From Octopus vulgaris (Eukaryota): a stretch of DNA of 64,000 nt. The notes under the pieces are model-generated. The model made no database searches and was not told the DNA's origin. It saw only the letters and a program-made list of their open reading frames with translations. A program made the position numbers and the translations under genes. Location of the stretch: NCBI GenBank assembly GCA_951406725.2, contig OX597820.1, positions 112,468,001-112,532,000 of the forward strand, read 5' to 3'. Positions 11,853 through 25,571 of the stretch are shown piece after piece (within the stretch, counting starts at the first letter, position 1; every line of letters begins with the position of its first letter).

Positions 11853-13855
11853 CAAAATATTTTAAAATAAATTATTGTCTGATAAAAGCTACCCAAAATC
11901 ATTAACAATAACATCCTTATGGATGAAGTCTCCATAGCTGGAAAGCTGATCACACAAAGATGATCTGTACTTAATATAGCATATATAGATACTGTTCTGG
12001 AAATGATCAGCTAGTACCAGTGTTTGAGTTGGTTTTTGCTGTGTGATAAAGCAGCTGAGATAGATAGGATTAAGGTTAGTAAACAACATTAAACAACATC
12101 AGAGTTGAGGTAGTTATGGTTAGAAAGACGATCACACAACAATGATCAACTGAAACTAATACATTATGGTGTACAGTTCTGTGGGTATCCACACAAACTT
12201 ACTTTGTTGTTGTTTCACCTCAAGTCATCCCTGATCAAGTTGACCTACGAGCGACATTAATCCAGCTTTGATCGTACAATATTTTTACAAACATATATCA
12301 ATGAGTACCTTATCCAATGAGTACCTTATCCAATGTGTCCTTCCCTTTTTAAGGTTTTTTGACAAAAGTGAAGTTTTCTCATTGACTCAGTATTTCGTTG
12401 GGAATTGATATACAATAACAAAGCGTTATATATAACTTTACTTTTGATTTTATATTTTTTGTGGAGAGATACTAATTTATTTGAATTGCTAATCATATAA
12501 TCCATTAAACTGTTTATTAATTTACCTTAGCTAGTGCCACCTTCTATCATTGATTCAGTATTCAACTAAGATGTTGGTGAGAGCTAACAGATACTGTTCA
12601 AAACGCCCCCTAGCCATGGCTATCATGCCTTTCCTTTAAATAAGTTGTTTCAGATGGTAAAGATTTTACTAAGATTGTATTTGGTAACTTATATAAACAA
12701 GATAAGAGATTATGTCCTACTTTGGTTCAACTGGTACTTGCTTACATGTTAGAAGACATAGATTTCAATGCTATACAATCGTTAGAAATTCATCATCAAT
12801 GTTTTATATCTGATTTTCCATACTGGTATGTGTTGGACGGTTTTTCTGAGGGAGTGTTTTACAACTGGATGCCTTCTCTGTTGCCAAACTTTTTAGTCAT
12901 ATCTTATGATATGCAGGACATGGTATATTCATTCATTCTAAATCTGGGATGTACATGGTTAATACATTTAAGCTCATTTGTTCGCCATCTCTTCCCCTCT
13001 ACATCTCTCTCTCTCTCACTCTTCCATCCTGCACATTATCTTCCTATTTTCTGATCTTTCTACTGGTCTATTATACGGTTGCTCGCCACCATTCCTGTGC
13101 TGCCACTTATCACCTCTTCTTTCCTGAGTTATTTCTTTTACCTTCCCCTGTATTGATATTTACTATCAACCACACCTTTACCCTTGGACATCATTCACAA
13201 CAGTTATCCCAACCCCCAGTTCTAATCATCTGTCACTCTTCTCTCACACTCCTACGTTATTCTCCTCTCATACCCTTCCTCATCCTTGGTCTGTATTCTC
13301 TCTTATACTCACATTCTTGTATCTCTGGAGTATATTTTGGCACCTTGTTCCACTATCTTTATTTTCTTTCCAGTTACTTCTACATACTCTGATATAATGT
13401 GAGGTAGCTATGTAATCTCTATAGTAAGACAGGTGTACCTGTCCCTGTATCATCCTTTCACTTCTCAACACTAGGCATAAAACCACTGCTCCCAAAGGGG
13501 TTTCTTCCTTTTCTTTGCAAGTTACATGGTGACCTCACTTGTGCCAGTATCATGAAAAGGGATCCAACACACTTTGCAAAATGGTATTGTAGAACAGATA
13601 AGAGGATTGGGTGAAATAATCATATAGCAAGTTGCTGTTTTGTAAATTGGTTGGCATTAAGAGGAAACCTTGTCAAAGCAGATATTGGATTTCAATGTAG
13701 TCCTTAGCTTACTGGATCTTGTGAAACTATCCAACCCACGTCAGCATAAAAGACAGGCATTACATGATGATGATGATGGTGGTGGTGGTGGTGGTGGTGG
13801 TGGTGGAGAAGAAGAAGAATAAGAAGAAAAAATAGAAGTGGTTATTAATACTAAC

Positions 13856-13965
13856 CAGACTGTGCTTCTTCAACTTTATTAGATGACGTACTTTCTACAG
13901 CAGCATCAACCTGCATTTGTTCACTTGATTCTGCTGCTTGGTTGGAACTTGTGACCTTTGGCATT
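13856..13965 (-). CDS. ARNTL: BMAL1/cycle exon, low-complexity post-PAS linker
   Basis: tctttcag acceptor, gttag donor, 110 nt; phase 2 to 1 exactly bridges the flanking exons; open frame MPKVTSSNQAAESSEQMQVDAAVESTSSNKVEEAQS; no recognisable homology. Confidence 0.8.
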
Positions 13966-14031
13966 CTGAAAGACAATTCATTTGAGAATGGTTTTAGCTG
14001 CTGGAATCATTTAACCTTTTGTTAACTAGCT

Positions 14032-14722
14032 GCCTGCTAACCAGCGCATCGATCAGTGCTTTTCCAGTAGCGCGGCGGCGCCAAAGCCATCGTTGGTAGC
14101 TCTGCATGCGGCCTGGGCTTGCCGTTGCCGCCACTCCCCATTGTGGCCGCGTCCGGCTGCCGCCCCCTCGCGGTGCAGTCGTGACATGGTTGCGGTGTCG
14201 GTTGCAGAGCGGCACTGGTGACTCGGTCGGCTTGGCCCGCATGAGCCCAGCAGTGGCACGCCGTCGCGTCTGGGCCAGTTGGTTGGTAAATGCAGCGCTT
14301 CTTAGAGGGACGGGCGGCAGAAAGCCGCATGAAGCAGAGCAATAACAGGTCTGTGATGCCCTTAGATGTCTGGGGCCGCACGCGCGCAACACTGGAGGTA
14401 TCAGTGGGCGCGTCTCCCTCGGCCCGAGAGGGTCGGGAAACCTCTGAACCACCTCCCGTGATAGGGATCGGGGCCTGGAACCAACCCCGTGAACGAGGAA
14501 TTCCCGGTAGGCGCGGGTCATCAGCCCGCGTCGATCACGTCCATGCCCTTTGTACACACCACCCGTCGTTACTACCAATCGAACGGTCCGGTGAAGTCCT
14601 CGGTTCTGGCTGACGAGTCCGCTTACACGTGGCGGCGTTCCGCACTGTCGTTGGTGCATTCTCTGATGGCCCGGAGAAGACAACCGAACCTGATCGCTTA
14701 CAGGAAGTAAATGTCGTAACAA
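14032..14722 (+). pseudogene. 18S rRNA pseudogene fragment (V7 to just short of the 3' end), antisense within a BMAL1 intron
   Basis: Universal SSU motifs CTTCTTAGAGGGAC, GCAATAACAGGTCTGTGATGCCCTTAGATG, GCCCTTTGTACACACC, GGAAGTAAAxGTCGTAACAA; ~250-nt GC-rich V7 insertion; substitutions at invariant sites (CCGCCC>CCACCC, AAAAGTC>AAATGTC); truncated on both sides; no ITS1. Confidence 0.95.
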
Positions 14723-14766
14723 ATAAAAGTTGTAACTTTTGATGATACAAAATATAGATTATAATC

Positions 14767-14925
14767 TATAATCTATATTTTGTATCTTTTCATTTTTCTT
14801 GCTCACTTACATTCTGGTGTTTGCTAAATTTTCTTGAGAACATACCTTCCTTATTTGTAAGACCATAGTGGATCTTCTTCTAGCATAATGGATGTCCACT
14901 TACAGGTCATCCCTCTTATATGTAT
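14767..14925 (+). mobile_element. 3' part of a Penelope-like terminal repeat (family of the 54.3-54.7 kb element)
   Basis: Aligns by eye to 54513-54680 (shared TTTTCATTTxTCTTGC, TTTTCTTGAGAACA, TAGCATA..GxTGTCCACT, GTCATxCCTCT). Confidence 0.75.
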
Positions 14926-15054
14926 GTAATATAATTTTTTCTGAAACTTCAGATTTTTCAATATGTTAGACTACTGGTTTTAAATTGATATTAAATAAAT
15001 TAATATTCAATTGTTCACCCTTTTTATTTTAAATTTATATATATATATATATAT

Positions 15055-15785
15055 TGTTATATTTCGGAATGGTCATTTTGCCAGTTTAGCCAATAAAAAC
15101 ACAGGCACTATATATTTGGTGTTATTTTGCTTCAGTGTTATTTATTTTTTACATTAATCTTAATCTTATTTCGGCCAGAGTTCTTTCGTCACACTCCTGT
15201 GACCGCATCAGTGGTCCTTTGTTTTCTTCTTTCGTATTTGTGTCTCTCCTTACTAACCGTCAGCCATTTTGTATTTCTATTGTATGTCTTCATTTGCGCA
15301 TGCTTATATCTCTATGTGCGTTTATGTTTAGTTAGTGTGTGTGTGGGGGGGGGGGATGCCTGTAATATTTGTATCTTCTGTTTATATACGTTCATGTAAT
15401 TTGTTTTTGTTGTTGTTTTTGTTTATTCTTATTTTGTTCATGTGTTTACATCCACTTATTATTATCATTACGTATGCTTGTATGTATGTATGTATAACAA
15501 CAATACTAGTAATAATAATAATAATTAAAAAAATCTTTAAAATTAAACAAAAAAAAACTTATATAGTTATTTATTTCTATTTGTTTATTTATCTGTGTGT
15601 TTTATTTATTATGTTTTTGGTTTTGTTTATATTGTAACCAGTTTATGGGGATCCTCTACCGTCATATGTTGTGGTGAGTTCCATTCCAGTTTCCTATTCT
15701 GGCTAGGTTTATTTTCTATTATGTGTGTAGCTTCTGTAATTTGTCTGATTGTTGCATCTGTTCTATAAATTTCTATATCATGTTT
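15055..15785 (-). mobile_element. 5'-truncated Penelope-like element, family A: ORF 3' end, UTR and hammerhead-bearing terminal repeat
   Basis: 15627-15785 translates ...[26 protein letters not shown]..., like the R-x-x-EA-x-x-I...P-x-LN end of PLE GIY-YIG domains; family A repeat at 15055-15340 with a mutated core (CUGAUGC, 15173-15217); flanked by (TA)n on both sides. Confidence 0.75.
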
Positions 15786-15924
<139 letters not shown>

Positions 15925-16486
15925 ATGATAAATAAGCATGTAGTTACATATAGTGTATATATAGCAATATATAATGTACACACTGGAAGTTGAGCTGATA
16001 ACCCTCATAGCAGAGATAGAAGTGTTCAGTTTACATGACTATGTAATATATCAGACATGATATGTTATCGTGTATAATAATCTGCTGTGGTTTAATGACT
16101 ATACATCAATTAGCTAACATAATATCTGACTTACTCAGATATATCTATGATGAGATGGGAAGAGGAAAAAGATAAAGATGAGTTTCTCCCAAACTACAAT
16201 GGACATGAATCAGTCACAAGAGGAGGCACAAAGCCAGAGATTTTAAGGGGACAGGTTAACCAGTGCTATTGACATCAATATTTAACTAATACTTTATTTT
16301 ATCAACCCCAGGAGAAAGGCAAAACTTGATCTTAGCAAAGTTTGAACTGAAATGTGAAGTGCTAGGACTGATATAGCAAAACATTTTTTTCCTACCCTAT
16401 AATCATTCTGCTTGCTTGATTGACAAAAGAAACAACATTAAAATTCAACAATAGTAGTAGTAGTAATAGTAATAAAAATCACTTAC

Positions 16487-16637
16487 GGAACAACAGTGTT
16501 CGTAGTCACAATATATTCCACATCCTTCGTCCAAGGGTTCCGGAAACTAAAACATTTTGACCATAAATGCAGAAATGTTCCATCTTTGGCTTTAAACTGA
16601 AATATGTGTGTCTCAAGTTTGTCTTTAGTTTGTAAAA
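16487..16637 (-). CDS. ARNTL: BMAL1/cycle exon, PAS-B/PAC
   Basis: 151 nt, phase 1 to 2, gtaagt donor; (V)LQTKDKLETHIFQFKAKDGTFLHLWSKCFSFRNPWTKDVEYIVTTNTVV(P) with the conserved NPWTKxVEYIV. Confidence 0.96.
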
Positions 16638-18851
16638 CTGAAATGGAAGTATAAGTGGACAGTCAGCGATTGATAATTAGACAGAGATTTTAGATTTCAA
16701 AAATCATATGTGATATGTAGTTGTTTTAAAGAACTTAGCCATAAACAAAAGCTGAAAATATTTGGTATTCAACATCATAAAGAATGGTAATGAGTAGAAA
16801 GCTGAAAAATCTGTCAAGCAGTCACAGTTAAAGTTGGTCACAAATGAAAGGCTAGAGGCATTTGTTAGAATATTGTTTTATTAAATACAGGTCATAAATA
16901 AAATCTGAAAATTTTCTGTGACCACATTGAGTAAGATCTTTTCAAAGACAGGTCAGTAAATGGCTGTAGTTAAAACGATAATAAATAAGAGGTCAGCGAT
17001 GCTGTTAAGGAGTTCTTATAAATATTTGTTGGATGATGTCTGTTAGTCCTATTTCAGGACTCACAATGTCTAAAGGGTGATCACCACTTACTGTATATTT
17101 TCAGAGAGAGTTGGATATGAATAAACAAGTATTTCGTTATCTATTGAGCTAGCCTAAAAGTTACAAAGAAAGTAATAGACTGAAAGACTGGTCTCAAAAG
17201 GTTGTCAACTAAAAGACTGGTCAAAGAAAGGTTGGCCATAGAAAGATCCAGAGTAATTGATTCGTTAAGTGTCTTATGGATGTTATGATTATTTTGTGTC
17301 ACACATGGGATTCAAAAGACAACAGTTTTACAATCTTTGGCAAATTTTGAAGAAGAAAAGCTTACAGATTACATTTAAATCCCCATTGCAGTAAGGTTAT
17401 GATTGTATTTAATTTAATGGTATGGGTTAATAGTTATATTATTTAGTAAATACAATGTTTATACAATGAATGACATAGAAAAAATATATTACTACATTGA
17501 AGTGCCATACACCTGAGTTGTGTTATATGTTATATTGCTGAGACAGGACATTTTTGTGTATGATTTAGAATGTATGTCAGTCTGCCTCCTTACCTGTTAT
17601 CTTCTACTTTCATGCAAATGTACATAGATAATTCTGTATGGTTATATATGTACATAAATATGTGCATATTTGTCAGTTTGTAACTCTAAATTTGCTTATG
17701 AACCGAAACACATACAACTTCATGTGAGATAAAGAAAGAAAATCATTTTGAAATGTTTGTGTGTGTGTGTGTGTGTGTGTGTCGATATGTATCATAGAAG
17801 CATTACAGCCATTTAAAGAATATATTCAAACAGAAGATGATTTCAATGTTTGATTAATTTCTACAGATGAACCTAAACATATTTCTGGGCCTACAGATGA
17901 ACCTAAACATATTCATCCTTAAGCATGTCAATAGTTCCGTTATAACTAAATACCCACGAAAATACTATCTTCCCTTCCTGCGTTTTTCATGCTAACTTCT
18001 GACCCTCCACCAACTTCATGTGCTCCATTGACTGAACATGTTACAACATATCACCACACCCCTCTTATGTATTATTGCATCTATGAGTCTTACTTCACAT
18101 TTTTTCCATGTCTTCTTAGTAACAGTTAGGACATCTGACCATAGAAAATCTGCCTCAATGAATTCTGCCTGACCTATGTAAGCATTGAAAATTGGATGTT
18201 AAAATGAAGATGATGATGATGTCTTTCTTGTGTTGTTTTTTCCCTCTGCCATTTGTACTGTTTGCTATTACCATACAGCCCCCTTTCAACTAGAATGTGT
18301 AATCCATTCTTATCACATGTTTATAGCATTACAGACGTGCATACATACTGGTTGATGCCATTAATACCCAGCTGCTCACATCACTCACTTGCACTCTATT
18401 TTATCACTCACCAAATACTCCATACACATTACTCACATCGTATTACCATACAATATCACCAATTTACTCATTGTCTCTAACACAGGTAACAATTCTCTGA
18501 ACATTTAGCTTTTTCCTACTCTAGCTACAGATACTTCTGTAAACTTTCAAACTGTGTACACACACACACACACACATACACACACACGTAAACAACAGGT
18601 TGTGCTGTGCACAACGTAGATAAATCAAGGGTTGAACAGAACAAACACAACAAGGAGAAAACCCAGCCTTTTAACATTGCAAAACTGCTAGGACGTTCTG
18701 GACATTGACTGAGGAGGAAATCAGCTGCAAATGTTCCGGGTGCCTTGTTTTTGTCCAGTTTCCCAATTGTTATGTTATCGTCTAGTTTTCTGTATGTTGT
18801 GTTTTTTGTTGGTTTTCCACTTGTGGTGTTTTCTCCTTGTGTTCTTTTTGT

Positions 18852-18883
<32 letters not shown>

Positions 18884-18990
18884 TGTATGTGTGTGCATGT
18901 ATGTGTGTGCATATGTGTGTGTATATATATATACATAGATATATATATATATGTATGTATATGTATGTATGTATATGTATGTATGTATAT

Positions 18991-19045
<55 letters not shown>

Positions 19046-19452
19046 CAAATATAGATATAAATATATATGTAAACAAATGACGTGTATTGTGCTACATGGA
19101 TGTATTAAGGGTTGGACAGAAAGGATACAAGGAGAAAAGTCAGACGAAAGCAGAGTAAATGGGAAAGTAAGCATAAACTAAATGGACAGGAAATTAGACA
19201 ATGACACAATATGCAGAATATTCAGTCAAAAGCACAAACTATCATAGCAGTTTCACACCAATTACCTTCGATACTGCTTAATTTTACAGGTGCCAGTACT
19301 TTTATTAAGCTACTGGGAAAAAAACTAGTGAATGTGTGCTAAGACAGAAACAAACAAGACATTATATAAATACAAGAGACAGCGGATTATACATATATAA
19401 CAGTATGAAGCCTTATGACTTTATACAAACTAGAAAGAAAATAGTAATAATT

Positions 19453-19898
19453 ATATATTTGTTTTGCAAGATTCTTGACGTGAAATCGTGTGTTGAAACA
19501 GATGTTGTTGTATTTCGGAATGGTCATTTTGCTAGTTTAGCCAATAAAAACACACGCACTATATATTTGGTGTTAATTTGCTTCAGCGTTATTCATTTTT
19601 TTACATTAATCTTAATCTTATTTCGGTCAGAGTTCTTTCGTCACACTCCTGTGACCTCATCAGTGGTCCTTTACTTTCTTCTTTGTGTGTCTCTCCTTAC
19701 TAATGGTCAGCCATTTTATCAAATGTTAGTAAGGAGAGACACACAAATAAAGAAGAAAACAAATGACCACTGATGAGGTCACAGGAGTGTGACGAAAGAA
19801 CTCTGGCCAAAATAAGATTATGCTGAAGCAAAGTAACACCAAATATATAGTGTGTGTGTTTTTATTGGCTAGACTGGTAAAATGACCATTCCTAAATA
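19453..19898. mobile_element. Second fold-back family A element, opposite orientation to 3772-4240
   Basis: Same arms and same spacer, reverse-complemented; hammerhead motifs at 19625-19669 (-) and 19764-19808 (+). Confidence 0.85.
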
Positions 19899-22800
19899 GT
19901 AATAATTATACGTATACCACAAATACAACTGAAAGAGCTTTGCAGTTCTTGAACAAACTAAGTGGGGTTGCACAAAGAGAAAATAGAGTAAGTCTTAGAG
20001 AACAGCATGGATATAGCAAAAGCGTGACCAGTCTCGTCAAAGGTAGGACAAAAAAGGACACCACTTTTCTGGGCACCTGTCATGTAGTATGGAATAGGAA
20101 GTGTTGAGAGGGGAAAAGAGGGGGTGACAGAGAGAGAGAGAGAACAAAGCAGAGCAAGAAAGAGAGAGAACAAAGAAACCGCTATGATATTTTGCATCTT
20201 TGAAGAGGAAAGCTAAGCTGTGAATATTCCATGGATTGTACCGTTGTCTAATTTCCTGTCCGTTTAGTTTTCTTCTACTTTTTCGTTTACTCTGTTATCG
20301 TCTAACTTATTCCTTGTTGTATTCTTTCTGTTCAACCCTAAATATATAGGTATATATATACATGTATATATGTATATATAGGTATATATATATATAGATA
20401 TATAGGTATATATATATGTATATATGTCTGTGTTTGTGTTTGTCTCCCACAACTACTTGACTATGGGTGTTGTTTTGTTTATTTGTTTACATCCCCTAAC
20501 TCTAACACTAACCCTAAACCCATAACTTAGTGGTTTGGCAAAAAAAGACCAACAAAATAAAGACAAGGCTTAAAAATATGTACTGGTATCAATTTGTTTA
20601 ACAAAACCCTGCAAGGTGGTGCCCCAGCATGGCCACAGTCCAATGAGTGAAACAAATAGACAATAAAAGACGATACAAGGCATGGCTGTGTGGTAAGAAG
20701 CTTGCTTCCTAATAATGTGGTTCTGGGTTCAGTCCTACTGCATGCCACCTTGGGCAAGTGTCTTCTACTATTAGCCTCAGGCTGACCAATTGTTGTACAT
20801 ACATACATACATACATATGTATGTAGCCCATGTGGACCCATGCGAGCGGAAACGACCACTCGGAAGTCCTCTACGACGGTGGAGTTATGATTTCAGGAGG
20901 ACGATTGGGATCACATGGATGAGAAAGGCGCGATCCAGGGAGGAGTGGACAGTGTGCTGTGACCAGCGGTGTCAACTGGATGCCCGACGGACTGGTTGGT
21001 CAAGATGATCAAGGTGATATATGTTTGTATGTTTGTTTGTATGTATATGTCTGTGTGTGTCTTTGTCTCTGTCACCCCATTACCTTTGGACAACTGGTGG
21101 TGGGTTTACATTCCTGTAACTTAGTGGTTTGGCAAAAGAGACTGATAGAATAAGTACCAGGCTTAAAAAAAAAATTTGTCCTGGGGTTGATTTGTTCAAT
21201 TAAAACTATTCAAGACGTTGCTCCAGCATGGCCATAAGCAAATGACTGCAACAAGTAAAAGAATTTATACATACTTCCAATGACAACCCAGTGTCACACA
21301 TTTCTATTTTGCACCAGGCAAAATGTATTTTCCTTCTGAAAGCCTCTATACAAGATACTGACCCAAATCCTTCCCTCTTAGAACCACACAGACTCATCAG
21401 TCTAGCACAGGTTATCGGCTGCCCTATTCTGCCTCCCTTCATTGGCACAAATATAAAGAGAAAACAACCCTTGGTGATATGGCTTTGATATAAAGAAACT
21501 ACCACATCTGATCTGTGGGTTGTTGTTAACAGCGTATGTTGAGAGAAAAATAACTGCTACTACTACCACCACCACCACCACCACCACCACCACTACTACT
21601 ACCATCACTACTACAACCATTACCACCACTGCCACTGCTACTACCATCACCACTGGCACCGTCACTACTACTACTACTCTACCACCACCACCACCGCCAC
21701 TACCATCACCCCCTCATCCCACTTCTTCCAAAACAACAACAACAACAACACAATATTCCATAACCATGTCTCATTCTATTGCATTATCCAGAATGGAAAT
21801 GTTCTTTGCGACTACTCCACAATAATATGTTTGGAATTAATAATCTTCTTGAACATTTTATCAAATTTGATTTCTTGTCTCCGATCATTATTGATGTCAT
21901 TAATTTCTGCTCTTTCTCTATTTGCTCTTTTCAACTCTCTAATTGTACATGATTGTACTGCTGATCATATCGCTTCTGATTAAGTGCTACATGACAATTT
22001 ATCAAATTCTGCTTTAGGTTAGGATGTTTCCTTCATTTATTTACTTCACAGTAGTAGTAGTAGTAATAATAATAATAATAATAACAACAGCTTTTTTTTT
22101 GCTTCATGTATGTTAATGTCATGACTGTACGTATATCTCTTTGTGTTTTGTCAAGTACTGAGGTGCTCAAGTTATGCCAAACTTCATTGAGCTACTTCAG
22201 TTTAGTTCCTCCTCCACCGCCTCCTCCTCCTCCTCTCTCCTTCAACACCACCAAGAGCAGCAACAGCGTGGAGGCGCACTGGCCCAGTAGTTAGGGCAGC
22301 GGACTTGTGGTCGGAGGATTGCGGTTTTGATTCCCAGACTGGGCGTTATGTGTGTTTATTGAGCGAAAGCACCTAAAGCTCCACGAGGCTCCAGCAGGGG
22401 GTGGTGGCAACCCCCTCTTTTGCTCCAACTTTCTCTCACTCTTTCTTCCTGTTTCTTGTCCCCAACTTCCTACACAACCGCTGAGCCTGGATGCGCATTC
22501 ATCCATCCGTCGATGCTCTCGGTGTCGGGGGTTGACCTGCTTTCTCTTCTGCAGGTCTTACGAATAGCAAAGGACCACATTTCGGACTTCTCCCATCTTG
22601 CGAGCTCTGGGACAAAGACCGTTCGCTCAACAGCAACAGTACCACCACCAGCAGCAGCGGCATGGGTTGAGAGTTTGACAGGATGTGATGAATCCAAGGA
22701 TAGTATCATGCTTCACTTTTTACTTTGGCATCATTTTTACAATCTGATATTCTTCCTAATGCCAACAACTTTGACTCGTGTTCTAGCAGCTTTTTTTTGT

Positions 22801-23499
22801 GCTGCCAACACTAGTGAGATTTGCTCAGTTGGTCCATTGATTGGTTGAGAAAAATCAAACGACCTGGAGAATTAATGCTACTTTTATCAGAGTCATTTCT
22901 GGTTTTCAATAATGAACCTATAATGACTACAGGAAACAGCTGGAAGTCAAATTTATATATATATATATATATATATATCTTGAATTTTAAGATTTTGTTT
23001 AGGCATAAAATTTCTAATAACATGGTGTTAGAACTTAATATACATATGCTTTACAAAAAAGCATTAGTTGAGTGCAGAGCTTAATATGAAATTATATAAA
23101 TGACAAGGAATAAGAATTACATAATAAACTTCATTGGCTTACAGCTGTTTCTGTTATAAGATGCAGTGCACTCAAAGGTGAGCACTTGTGCATCTCCTTA
23201 TAGCTTCCTCTGCTTCTTTTTATTCTTTTCACTCTCTCTAGATTTTAGATTCTCTCATTTTCTATTTGTCTCTGGTGATGTCTTTTGCTGTCTTGGTTCT
23301 TACAGTCAGTTTCTCAAGACCAGTTATATATGTTTAAATGTGCATTAATATACACACATATTCCATCTATTTTTTATGTATGTGTATGGACAATTATTTA
23401 ATTTCATATAAAGATATTGATACAGATATATAAGTATACCCCGCCACATACTTATGACTGTGTGTGTGTAACATGCATGGATGTATGTATGATAAACAG

Positions 23500-23876
23500 G
23501 ACCTTAGGCTCAATTCCCACGGCTGTGTGAAGCTGCTGGAGACTGTGGTCAATCCCTGGTTGGAGAGAGTTGCTGCTGGAAGGCCATATGCATGGCAGCA
23601 GGATTTGGCTCCTTGCCACACCTCCGGAAAGACGTGGTTGTTGGAGAATTTCTACAACTTTACCAGCAAAAATTTCTGGCCTCCTAATTCCATTTATTCT
23701 AAATACCACGGATTACTATGTGTGGGGTGCAGTTGAGAAAGACACCAAGGTCGAGCTTGTGGCCAAGATCAAGGACATGTTCTAAGATTTTTCCTCAAGG
23801 TCAGTGGAGAATGCATGTACCAGGTTCTGGAGTTGTCTTGAGGCCATGTGAAAGCTGAGGGTGGCTACTTTGAATA
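23500..23876 (+). mobile_element. Tc1/mariner-superfamily transposase remnant
   Basis: RPYAWQQDLAPCHTS, NFWPPNS, DYYVWGAVEK; same family as 47477-47855. Confidence 0.85.
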
Positions 23877-24196
23877 TACTGTTATCTTCCTTATATTTTT
23901 CTTTTTGTTTTCTTTTCCTTTTATGCAAACTTTCAAATCTAGTCCGAACTCTCTGTAGGTCTGCTTAACCATTGTTCCACATCAACACCAACACAACCAC
24001 CACCAGCACTGGATATATCATCTTCTCAGCAAAGGATTACAAAATGCACAGCATGATTTTGCAACAGACCAAAACATGGCCTAGATTGTTCTACCATATT
24101 ACTTTTGAGACTTGTGTATGATAGGGCTGCTGTAATAAAGCTGGCAGTTGACAATATCAGCCACAAAAGCCATGGCAACAAATGCTCACACACACA

Positions 24197-24253
<57 letters not shown>

Positions 24254-25276
24254 TGCAACCCCAAACCTATAACCAGTGAGCAAAAGATTTTATTGTAACC
24301 ATTTGCAGTAAGTGAGCAAAACACTAACCAACCACACATCTTTCTTTCACAAACCACCAAGGTTATTCTCAGTTTCTAGGAATATATGATGAGGGGGGGG
24401 GGGGGAGAAAAAATTGAGAGATAGGGGGGGAGTGAGACAGAGAGAAAGAGAAAGAGACAGATCAAATAACTGAGTGGGAAAAACTAGAGAAAGTGAAAAT
24501 GAACTGGAAAAAGGTCTAGAGATGCAGATAGAGAAATAGATAGAGAGGATATCTGTTTGCATGCGTGTGTGTGTGTGTGTATGTGAAGGAGAAAGAGAGA
24601 GAGAGAGAGAGGGAGAGGGAGAGAGATAATGATGAGACAGTGAAAGTTCCGGAGACAAAGAGAAAAAGAGACGGATAAAAAGTTTAGGTTATCATTTGAT
24701 GATGAGATAGACACAGCTTCCAAGAAATTGGTGTATTTGCATTTTAGATTTTTATCTTCCTATGTATGTGTATATGAATATGTGTGTGTGTGTGTGTGTA
24801 TATATATAATATTTGTGTGTGAGTATGTATGTGCACATGTATATATAACTTGGTGTGTTGTTTTTCTCTCTCTTCTTGAATGTTGCCACATTATGCGGTC
24901 TGACTCGTAAGTGGATGGCAGTAATGAAGTTAGCTGTCCGACAAATTGGAACAGAGTCAAAACCAATTCCTGACACTAATTCCACAACTACAGACGTAAT
25001 GGCAGTTTTATAACAGTTGGAACTGGCTGGAGATACTAGTATGAAACACTGTAGAATGGTATGAGCAACAGGATATTTTGGGGTTTCTTCTCTGAGGCTG
25101 TTAGTGGTGAAAAGAATATTGTATACACCTTCTCTTTTAATCAGAGTGGAATTTTGTATCTAGCTTGTTGTTATTATTGTTGAGCTGCAGATCAGTCTTG
25201 CTTGAACAGGGCATAATCAAAGATTTCCCATCTCTGACCATTCCTCATTTATTTATTTATATATTTATTTAGTTAT

Positions 25277-25571
25277 TGTTGTATTTAGGAATGGTCATTT
25301 TGCCAGTTTCGCCAAGAAAAACACACGCACTATATATTTGGTGTTAATTTGCTTCAGCGTTATTTATTTTTTACATTAATCTTAATCTTATTTCGGCCAG
25401 AGTTCTTTCGTCACACTCCTGTGACCTCATCAGTGGTCCTTTGCTTTCTTCTTTCTTATTTGTGTGTCTCTCCTTACTAATGCTCAGCCATTTTGTATTC
25501 CTATTGTAAGTGTCTTCATTTGTGCATGCGTATACCTCTATGTGTGTCTATGTTTAGTTAGTGTGTGTGTG
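25277..25571 (-). mobile_element. Solo family A PLE terminal repeat with an intact hammerhead core (25395-25439)
   Basis: Near-identical to 15055-15340 and to the left arm of 3772-4240. Confidence 0.85.

Noticed and set aside
14032-14722. Functional rRNA gene
   Set aside because: Truncated on both sides, mutated at invariant positions, no ITS/5.8S/28S context.
13994-14750. 242-aa and overlapping GC-rich ORFs
   Set aside because: Shadow frames of the 18S rRNA fragment.
18700-18745. Further hammerhead-like strings (CTGAGGAGG here; also near 20200, 33323, 55040)
   Set aside because: Too degenerate: could not place both core boxes and paired stems with confidence.
21520-21825. Thr/Pro-rich mucin-like ORF
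   Set aside because: Compound (ACC/ACT)n microsatellite with no splice or homology support.
22268-22345. tRNA gene
   Set aside because: tRNA-like head continues directly into a SINE body shared with 47957-48470.
24890-25035. Complex non-repetitive stretch with an open minus-strand frame
   Set aside because: No recognisable protein similarity, and the flanking PAS-B exons already join in frame without it.
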